This document shows positions 30,760 through 40,931 of a stretch of DNA of 64,000 nucleotides, piece after piece (positions within the stretch are counted from its first letter, which is position 1; the number at the start of each line of letters is the position of its first letter). Source of the stretch: Paragordius varius (Eukaryota > Animalia > Nematomorpha). The stretch spans positions 4,340,001 through 4,404,000 of the forward strand of contig OZ176054.1 in assembly GCA_964247055.1 (NCBI GenBank), written 5' to 3'. A program made the position numbers and the translations under genes. Below the pieces are notes generated by a model, which was not told where the DNA came from, did not search any database, and saw nothing but the letters and a program-made list of their open reading frames with translations.

Positions 30760-32444
30760 TAAATATATGAATTTAATTCTTTCGTTTTTGGGCCTTAAGG
30801 GAAAATATTTACACTTCATCGTAATTGCCCCAAAAATCTTAAATTAAAGCCAAATTTTGTTTGGTTAGATGCTTTATTGTAAAAAATATCATAAAAAGCC
30901 AATTAATATTTTTAATAAATTAAGTTATGGCTTCGAAAGATGTTTTTGATTAAAATGAATGTAAAAACACCTAGTTAGCAACATAATTTTAATATTCGCT
31001 TGATTATGACGACAAAAAATATTTTTGATACTTAGTTTGTTTGAAATAATTTTTAGCAATATTTTTTATATTTATGGCATAATTGAGTATGTTAACAGTA
31101 TTAAAACATTTAAATATTATCTAAAATCCTTCTAATTAACTCGATGATGCTGAACATTTCTATCGCCCAAGATTTTATAAGCCGTGTTACACTTCAAATT
31201 TAAGAAGAGCGGAAAACCAAACTTATATCTAACAATAAAGATGAAAAATTTTTAATTAAAAGGAGTGATAAAATTGTTTAACACCATCGTTTTATTAAAA
31301 ATCTTATAATTTTTTATACCGTTTTGACCATGCTTCAGTAAACCATAAATTCATCAAAAATTTGCTAAAAATAAAGTTTTTAACCAAACATATTCTTATG
31401 CAAAATTTTTTTGAAATCCTTTCAATCACATGTGAGTGCTAAATTATAATATTATTTTAGCAACTGTAGGTGCAATATTTTTAAAACTTCAAGTTTAAAA
31501 AGGTTATATTAGATTTCAAAGTTGCCAAAAGCAATTAAAAAATAAACTAAAAGTTCTTTAAAATTTTTAAAATTATATTAAATAAGTAAAAACTAAATTT
31601 CAAAAAAAGACCACAATATGGATAAGGGCCATATGTTATCTGAGTATTGGCTAAATTATAGAAGATAGTCGGTCTATATGCTATATACTTCTTGACAAAA
31701 TGACTTATATATTTTTTAGTTGATACATTACAGTTTTTTCGGAAGCCTTTTTAGAGTTTAATTAAATAATGAGAGAATTCAATAAAAAACCGACATTTAT
31801 CCTATAAAAATAATTTTTGATTATACGCTCAAAACGTTACCATTTACGCATCTCTAAAAATCGCTGTATTAGCATATTTATAAAATAATAAAGATTTATC
31901 CTAAATAAACAAACTAAGCTTTCGGCTTGTAATGGGCTATAAAGAAGTATATAGATATGTCAAATGATTACCGCAAATATAATCTCGTATAAATGAAGAT
32001 ATAATTATAAATGTTATTGATATACTTTTTAATTGTAATAATAGAATTTACTTTCAATTACATGGGAACTAAATTTTGCACCTATATGCATTATATAGTT
32101 ATGACCTTGCAGCTTTCAGTGTTAACATAAATATTTATTGATAAATTGTCATTATTTTAGGAATACACTATTTCTGTACTGACCTTTATAAAAACTTTAT
32201 ATAATAATATTTATTTAATCATAATCTAATACTTTTTATTATTAATTTTTGAGTTTATTTATACGAAAATGGCCATTTATGATGAAGGGATTTGCGATTC
32301 CTGGATGTCTATACTTTTAAGTAAGTTTTTTTTGGTTTTATTTTTACAATAGATATATTTATTAAATTGGTATTTGTAGCATTTATTACGGTAATTAAGC
32401 CAATGAATATTAAATTAAAATCTGACACCTTATTTCTAAAACTA

Positions 32445-33570
32445 ACCCGGTGTGGTCATAAGTTACCGGTTTAACTAGAAGAAAACGCAGCAGACGCCGA
32501 CAATACACATTTTCTTCACCTGAAATTAAACAACAAACACACACAATTTGAGTTCGCCAAAAAGTAACTTTTTATTTTTATCAAATAGTCATGTCGAAGT
32601 CTGTGCCTGAAAAACATATGCGGCACGCATTGTTATCAGAATAAAAATGTTGTTGAAAGTTATCGTTTGCTGGTAGAAACACGTGGTGAACATGCTATTG
32701 ATTAAAACATATTTACAAATATTAAAGTTGTGATTTCAGGTGAAAGAGTGTGGGCGATCTTGTAGATCACACAACTGTAAAGATGCACAAGTGCAAGAGT
32801 TATTGGATGATGACATGTATCACAAAAAACAACCAATCGGATGTTTACGAGCAATGGATAAGACCAATAAATTCATTCAAAAGGCTTCACACAATTTGAA
32901 TTAATGTCAAATCAAAAATGAATCGTGAAATTCTGCTTATCCGTCAATAAAAAGTCATTTTTGGATTAAATTTTGACGGGTGATGAGGAGCGGCTTTATT
33001 TTGCGAGTTCAAAGCAAAAAAATCGTGGCTTTTACCTTGATAAGCCGTTTCATCCATACCAAGGCCAACTTTAGCAATAAGTCCATGGTGCCGGTGGGAT
33101 TAGAGCACACTATGTATTATAAACTTTTGAAGCCAGGAACCTTTTTTACACAACGCTATCGTTAACATATGTTTAATTTAAACCATGCATTAATTGAAAG
33201 CCTACCGGAATTGGCCCGAAGACATAGCAAAGTAATTTTGCTCCGTTTCACACACCTCTAAAAGACGCGGTGAAATTGTTTTGATGGGGAATTCTTTCAC
33301 ATCTGGACTCTTCTGACCTGGCTCTATCTGACTAATACTTCGCATCAATAAGACACACTCACTCTGAGCAGCACTTCAATGATTCTGAAGACCCTGGAAA
33401 ATGGCTTGATGTTTTTTTGCAAAAGACAATAACGTTTTCTGGCGCCATTCAAATATGACCTGAAATGGGCGAAATTTTTAGAAGTTGATATAAGTATTTA
33501 AATAAAATTAATTATTGATTTCTTTTCATAATAACGTATTTTTTACCATAAAAACCGGTTAAACATCTGT
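32445..33570 (+). mobile_element. Degenerate mariner (Mos1-like) transposon with a pseudogenised transposase
   Basis: From ATG 32591, fragments MSKSVPEKHMRHAL...ESYRLLVET, DAQVQELLDDD, ILTGDE, YYKLLKPG, DLALSD and KWLD are colinear with Mos1 but carry many stops and frameshifts. The TIRs are only partly similar (shared ACCGGTT core). Confidence 0.85.
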
Positions 33571-33947
33571 TAGATAAATATTTTCTTCGTAGACATTTTT
33601 TCATTTAAAATATTATTTGTTTATTTAAAAAAGAGTTGTTTTGGATGAGGTATATTATCTATAACTAATTAACAGAAAATTTTTCTCACCAACCGAAAGA
33701 TAATAAGTATCAATCCCAAATTAATACGTATTATGTATTTGTGGTGTTAAGCCTTTTTTAAGATTTTATATGCGAAATCATCAGCAATGAATAAGGTGAC
33801 CAGATTTTTTGAAGGAAAAAGCAGGACAAATCAGAGAAGGGGGGGGGGGGGCATGGAGGGGGTGCAACCAAAAATTTTTATACAAAAAAATTATTGTAAT
33901 ATTTATTTATTTTTAACACAAATACATTATAAATATAAAAAAATATT

Positions 33948-36900
33948 TTATTCCTTGGTATATTTTTTGTTTGAGCGAATGCGTTTTAGCAGATTGTCAT
34001 AATTTTTAAATTATTGTAGAAATCTTCACAAGAATTTGTCAAATTATATTTGACAGACAAAATGGTCTTTAAAATTTCAACATTTAAATTTGATTTTTCA
34101 AATGTCCTGACCTGATTTACTGTGGAAAAAACGCGCTCAGTAGCAGCGTTGGTTCCAGGTAAAGATAGTGCAAATTACACAATTTTTAAAATATTATTGT
34201 ATGGAACATAGTTTGTTTCAAAATGATGAAATATTTCTAACCATTTCTTTTATACAGTATTTTTTTTTGTTGTCCATAATTTAAGTTTTTCATCTATATA
34301 TTTATAAAAATGGAAAATGCTGGCTTTGTGATCTGGTACAGGAAAACCGGTAGACCCAATCAAATCCAAATATCGAAAAAATATAATCATTAATGAATGC
34401 CCCGACAATAGCTTCGCCCTTTTTTTGAAATAGGCCCCCAGTTCGGGCCCACCCCGTATGAAAAACGGGTTTTTTTAAAAAACACAAGTCCACAAAATCG
34501 TGCTTTTGAGACAATATTCCGGAGAACGTGTTGGACCATTCAATTTTAAATATGATTTTTGTTTACTTATTTTCGATTGCGCTGAACATAGCCGAGCCAC
34601 TTTTTTGATTTAGGCCCTCTTTTTACCCGCTCCCCCCGTGAAATGCCACCTTTTTCAAAAAACAAAGTCCACAAAAATAATTTTTTAAATCGATTTTTCG
34701 CCCTAGGTATGAGACCGTAAAAATTCAATAAAGATTCCACGTATTCCCTGTTAAAAGGCAAAAATTTTAGTCTACCGTTTATTTGATGATAGCTGCTGGG
34801 TAAGGAGCTACCCGCTAAAAACTGATTTTTCATATAACTTTGTGATCTGTTTCCGGAAAACCGGTGAACCCAATCAAATTTAAACATCGAAAAAATTTAA
34901 TCATTAATGAATGCCCCGACAATAGCTTCGCCCTTTTTTGGAATTAGGTCCCCAGTTTGGGCCCACCCCGTGTGAAAAATGGGTTAAGTCAATTTTTTGG
35001 AGAACGTGTTGGACCATTCAATTTCAAATATGATTTTTGTTTACTTATTTTTGATCGCGCTGAACATGGTCGAGTCACTTTTTTGATTTAGGCCCTCTTT
35101 TTACCCGCTACCCCCGTAAAATGCCATTTTTTTCAAAAAACACAAAGTCCACAAAAATATTTTTTTGATTGTATTTTTTTGTCCACGGTATGAGACTCTA
35201 AAAATTCGAGAAGGTTTTTTCGTATTGCCTGTTAAAAGAAAAAAATTTTAGTCAAGCGTTTCTTTGATGATAACTGCTGAGTAAGGAGTATCTATCATAT
35301 GTATAGCATGTTAAAAGATATATGGATATTAATACATTATTTCTCCTCATCTATATATTTATAAAAATGGAAAATGCTGGCTTTGTGATCTGGTACAGGA
35401 AAACCGGTAGACCCAATCAAATCCAAATATCGAAAAAATATAATCATTAATGAATGCCCCGACAATAGCTTCGCCCTTTTTTTGAAATAGGCCCCCAGTT
35501 CGGGCCCACCCCGTATGAAAAACGGGTTTTTTTAAAAAACACAAGTCCACAAAATCGTGCTTTTGAGACAATTTTCCGGAGAACGTGTTGGACCATTCAA
35601 TTTTAAATATGATTTTTGTTTACTTATTTTCGATTGCGCTGAACATAGCCGAGCCACTTTTTTGATTTAGGCCCTCTTTTTACCCGCTCCCCCCGTGAAA
35701 TGCCACCTTTTTCAAAAAACAAAGTCCACAAAAATAATTTTTTAAATCGATTTTTCGCCCTAGGTATGAGACCGTAAAAATTCAATAAAGATTCCACGTA
35801 TTCCCTGTTAAAAGGCAAAAATTTTAGTCTACCGTTTATTTGATGATAGCTGCTGGGTAAGGAGCTACCCGCTAAAAACTGATTTTTCATATAACTTTGT
35901 GATCTGTTTCCGGAAAACCGGTGAACCCATTCAAATCCAAACATCGAAAAAAATTAATCATTAATGAATGCCCCGACAATAGCTTCGCCCTTTTTTTGAA
36001 ATAGGCCCCCAGTTCGGGCCCACCCCGTATGAATAACGGTTTTTTTTAAAAAACAGAAGTCCACAAAATCGTGCTTTTGAGACAATTTTCCGGAGAACGT
36101 GTTGGACCATTCAATTTTAAATATGATTTTTGTTTACTTATTTTCGATTGCGCTGAACATAGCCGAGCCACTTTTTTGATTTAGGCCCTCTTTTTACCCG
36201 CTCCCCCCGTGAAATGCCACCTTTTTCAAAAAACAAAGTCCACAAAAATATTTTTTTGATTGTATTTTTTTGCCCACGGTATGAGACTGTAAAAATTCGA
36301 GAAAGATTTTTCGTATTACCTGTTAAAAGGCAAAAATTTTAGCCAAGCGTTTCTTTGATGATAGATGCTGAGTAAGGAGTATCTATCATATGTATAGCAT
36401 GTTAAAAGATATATGGATATTAAAACATTATTTATGGTAATCTATATATTTATAAAAATTTAAAATGCTGGCTTTGTGATCTGGTACAGGAAAACCGGTA
36501 GACCCATTCAAATCAAAACTTCGAACCCCTATCCCCCCCCCAGAAGTCCGAAGGACTTCCTCGGGCTGCGTAGCAGCACGAGATTCACGCTAGTTATTAA
36601 TATATTTTATAACTAATGATACTTCTGAAAAAAGATCATTTTTTGAAAGATTACTTTTTGGGAATTTTCGGGAGATACTGATGTAATGATTTTCGAACAT
36701 CGCACCAATTAAATTCTGGTTTTAATGTTCTTTAATGAAAATGATCAATTTCATTGAATTGCACCGTCCAGTCTTCTAAATAACTTTTACAGTTTATATG
36801 AAATAATTTTATATGGTACAGGATATCTTGGGGATTTATTAAGCCTTGTATTTCTAACTTATTTATAATATTGCGGATGGTTACTGGTATAAAATTATTT

Positions 36901-38009
36901 TCTAACCTTTCTTGACTCCGGTTACTAACTTTATTGCTACTTCGATTCCCGAATTTTTGTCACCTTCTATCAATTTAATAACATTTTGAAAGAGAGAAGC
37001 TTGATTATGGAGGAACTCTACCCATATTTTTGAAGAATCACTTTTAAAAAACTTTTCCAAAGTTTGTCCTGTGATAAAAAAGGATTTTAAAGGATATTTT
37101 TAAATTCTTTCGAGAGCTGGCAGAAGAGCTAACCAACGAGTTTTACAATATCCAAGCACCTTAAGTGTTTCAACGCGTACCGTGTATATAAAAATAGAAA
37201 TATATTTTAACAACTACATTTTCCACATCTAGGGGTAACAAATCAGCAGCTTTTTGAAAGGCGTTGTGTATAATATGCGCTGCACACCCAAAGTCAATAA
37301 TGTTTTGATTAAGATTATCTGCTAATTTATGAAAATTATTTTTTGTTCCCTTCCTTGCTTTTCCACCGAAGTTCGTATTGGTGTTGACAGCGCAATATGC
37401 GATGATTTTGTCACTATCTTTTTCTAGAATATTCATTATTGAAGTAAAAATTATGTCGGAATTTACACCGGGTAGAGAAATAAAATAAATTTTAATTTTA
37501 ATCCGGTTTCTTTAATATATCTTATTAAAGTGGGAAATAATTATGTTTTCTGATTTGATTAGAGTATAGGGATATGAAATTAATTTTCAGCAAATCTTTT
37601 TGTATTTCAGAAAATGCATGGGACGAAAGGGCATTGCATACAATGGCTTCAGCCTTTGTACGGGCACGAAAAACCTATGAGGTACATTTCATAGATCTAA
37701 AGGAATGATTGTGATTAACGGCGTGAAAAGATGAAACGCCTTCGGCTAGTCCCAAATTCTTTTCTTCCTTCTCCAAAAGCGGTTTGTCGATAAAAATCGC
37801 TCATTTTGTAAGATGATGCCACTATATCTAAACATTATGTTTCTGTGTTTTCATATGCTTTGTAATTTCATGCTTGCCGCCATGTGCTAGGGTGAATTCT
37901 CCTTCGCATATAAGACATTTAACAAATGATTCATTCTTCGTTTTTTTTTGATAAAAGGAAATTCTTTCATTAATTCATCGTTGAATTTACAACCTCTTTT
38001 TGTACTCAT
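33948..38009 (-). pseudogene. hAT transposase pseudogene (BED finger, DDE core, C-terminal dimerisation domain), split by a Helitron
   Basis: ATG 38009 begins MSTKRGCKFN...CLICEGEF...HMKTQKH. The core includes NTNTNFGG...GCAAHIIHNAFQKAADLLPLDVE. The C-terminus includes LPGTNAATERVFSTVN...KY and ends at 33948. Frameshifts and stops are present. Confidence 0.88.
34293..36593 (+). mobile_element. Non-autonomous Helitron, concatemeric, with internal tandem units of about 0.5 kb
   Basis: The 5' end is A|TCTATATATTTATAAAAATG. The 3' end has the hairpin GAAGTCC-GAA-GGACTTC followed by CTAG|T, with no TSD. The 5' terminus recurs at 35350 and 36441. Confidence 0.88.
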
Positions 38010-38734
38010 ATTTTTAAACTAACCTAGGATGAAAAAATATTATATTGTCTTAATTTTTTGGAGTAAACGTATAACTACCGATTTGTTGTATTAATTTGTC
38101 CTAAAATATTAGTATAAAAAAATATTTTATTACCTTAATTTTCTGGAGTAAACCGATTTGGGGTATTAATTTGTATTTTGATAATGTTGGCAGTAGGATT
38201 AGGAAGCAAAATGTATAATCATGTGATATATATTCGAAAAAAATAAATATTTTAATTTAAAAATAAAAAATTCAATTTAAAATTGATATAGATTTTAAAG
38301 ATAACCAATGATAAAAAATTAAAACGGATAAAAAAAATAAATTTTTTATAAAAAATTTAAATGTATTTAAAAAAAATTTTTTTTATAATCGTGAAAAAGC
38401 GGGATATTTCAAAAACGTAGCGGGACGCGGGACAAAGTGTAAGAAAGCGGGACGTCTGGTCATCCTAGCAATGAACCTTAATAATTATTGAGAAAAAATT
38501 CTATCATACATTTTATGGCTTTTTTGGATAACATTATTTTCCTGCTATCCAAGTTTGGAATCTCTTAAATCTAATATCATTTTTAGACCTTTAAAAAATC
38601 TTATTAATTATCAAATTATTTATATTAAAATTTTTCCCTTTCTTTTGCAAAAGATTGTTAATATGAGATGAGTGGCAAATCACGAACTGACAGTGTATTT
38701 GTAATGGTAAATGACGGATTGATTTTGTTTTGTA

Positions 38735-39240
38735 ATAACAGTTGTAAAATCCGTAATATAATGATAATCGAAAATTAAATAGAAAATTAATTGAAAGATA
38801 ATTATTAACAGAAATTATAAACGATATGTGAAACCCTCAATAGTAATCGTAGACTAGTTTCGTGCTTGTTAGCACTCATCAGTACGACACAACTATATGA
38901 CTTGGGGTTTTCACATATCGATTTCGTATATATCCAACTTTGCAATTTTGGTATCTACGATTACTATTGAGGAAAGGGTTTCACATATCGTTCATAATTT
39001 CTGTTAATAATTATCTTTCAATTAATTATCTATTTAATTTTCGATTATCATTATACAGTAGCGTATGGAGTAAAACAATATTAGTCCATAGAAGAATAAA
39101 AAAATGTTTTTTTAAAAAAACAAGAGGTTATTATAGATATGATTCAAAACTAGGATTGTTTTTTTTAAAAAAAAACATTTTTTTATCCTAGGGACCAATA
39201 TTGTTTTACTCCATTGTATTACGGATTTTACAACTGTTAT
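38735..39240. mobile_element. Nested palindromic MITEs (one hairpin element inside the arm of another)
   Basis: The outer inverted repeat is ATAACAGTTGTAAAATCCGTAATA / TATTACGGATTTTACAACTGTTAT. The inner arms of about 95 bp (38757-38857 versus 38951-39055) are near-perfectly inverted. Confidence 0.75.
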
Positions 39241-39377
39241 GACAGTGTATTATCCATGAATAATTTTTTTCGATTAATGTAAAGCTGAAACTTATACTCA
39301 AAAAAATATAAACAGAATAAACGACTTATATTATATCGTTTAAGAGTAAATTTTCATGTTCTTCTTATATAATATCA

Positions 39378-39937
39378 CTAGCGTAAATCTCGCCCGAAGA
39401 AGTCCTTCGGACTTCTGGGGCGGGGGGATATTTGAAAAAAGGGACAATAAAATGATCCACATATGCGGATTATTTCGAAACATTATTTAATAGCAATGCA
39501 TAGGAATTTTAAAACGGTGCATTCATACTAATATATTGTTTAGTTGGGGGAAAAATAGATTCAAAAAATTATTTTTGTGGATTATGTTTTTGGGAAAAAT
39601 GGCATATTACGGGGGAAGCGGGTAAAAAGAGGGCCTAAATTAAAAAGCGAGACCACTATGACCGAAAATAACTAAACAAAAATCATATTTGAAATATGGT
39701 CCAACACGTTCTCCGAAAATTTGTCTCAAAGACACGATTTTTGTGGACTTCTGTTTTCAAAAAAAACCCGTTTTTCACACGGGGTGGGTCCGAACTGGCG
39801 GCCTATTTCAAAAAAAGGCCGAAGCTATTGTCGGGGCATTCATTAATGATTATATTTTTTCGAAGTTTGTATTTGAATGAGTCTGCCGGTCCGGAAACAG
39901 ATCAAGCCACCACTTTTCATTTTTATAAATATATAGA
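39378..39937 (-). mobile_element. Monomeric copy (560 bp) of the same non-autonomous Helitron
   Basis: The minus strand reads A|TCTATATATTTATAAAAATG, one internal unit, then CGCCCCAGAAGTCCGAAGGACTTCTTCGGGCG and CGCTAG|T. Confidence 0.9.
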
Positions 39938-40086
39938 TTAAGAAATAATTTACTGCTGCTAAAATTTTCAAAAATTTATCTTTCAATAAAGTAATAAAGT
40001 AATAGATACCATATTTTGGTATTTAAAAATGATCCACATAAAATAATATTACCATTCAAATTTTGCTTTTTAAAAATAAATACTTG

Positions 40087-40477
40087 CATGGGCGTACCGA
40101 GGGGGGGGAGGCTAGGGGGTGCATCATGCCCCGGGCGCCGTTATTTAGGGGCGCCTAAATGATTTGTTAAAATTAAATTTTAATTATGCAAATAATAAGA
40201 ACTTTCAAATGAGATTTTTCAGCAGAAATAGGTAATAATCCCTATAATATACTCATTATTCATCTAATTACTACCATTGAATAAATTTAGTATCATATAA
40301 ATATATATATTTAATAAGATTTAAAATTTATATGACTGTGCTGTCTCATCTATGGTGTTTAGGTTACAACGTTTGTATTTTTTTTACTAAATTGTTTTAT
40401 TGGCTTTTAAAAAAAAGGGGGGAGGGGCGCCATAAAAGTTTTATGCACTGGGCGCCGCAAATGCTCTGTACTCCACT
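40087..40477. mobile_element. hAT-type MITE family C, copy 1
   Basis: Near-identical to 42685-43069. The flanks AATACTTG and AATACTTG form an 8-bp TSD, and the terminal G is lost. Confidence 0.85.
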
Positions 40478-40931
40478 AATACTTGGTATATGTAAAATTT
40501 TTAATAATTTAGTCTTTCATTCTAATAACGGCGAGTATTTTGTATATTAATTTATGAGATAAAACAATTTACATTTTTTATTATTTTAGTTTGTGTATTT
40601 ATTAAATGAAGTAATTCATTTTCAGAAATGGCAGTCATACAAAGTTAAAAATTGATTTCTAATATCATATTATAATATTTAGCTATTGAATATATTGTAT
40701 TACTGTAAAAACTAGGCATAACAATGAATGTTTGATAATTTTTTTGTAGAGAGGTGCGGTTCCTAATAATAGGAGTTTTGATAACTTATATTTTTATCAT
40801 TTTTGGGGTTGGGCCTGTTTGGAAATAGGTTACTTAGGGGCATCTTCTGAAATTTTTGAAACATCCTACTTTTAAGATCCCGTTATTGAGATGATAACAA
40901 GATATATTATATTTATATTTTGCTGTTTTAG

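Larger units (their letters stand above)
33792..38467 (-). mobile_element. hAT DNA transposon (4.7 kb including a Helitron insertion)
   Basis: TIRs TAAGGTGACCAGA and TCTGGTCATCCTA. A perfect 8-bp TSD, GCAATGAA, lies at 33784-33791 and 38468-38475. Subterminal GCGGGA(C/T) motifs recur four times near the right end. Confidence 0.93.

Noticed and set aside
34302-35944. Duplicated 70-aa and 106-aa ORFs in the tandem array
   Set aside because: They are open-frame by-products of identical Helitron units, show no protein motifs, and are not preserved in the diverged units or the monomer.
34293-36593. Repeat array considered as CRISPR-like or as rDNA spacer
   Set aside because: The units are about 0.5-1 kb with no unique spacers, no cas or rRNA genes are present, and Helitron termini explain the structure.
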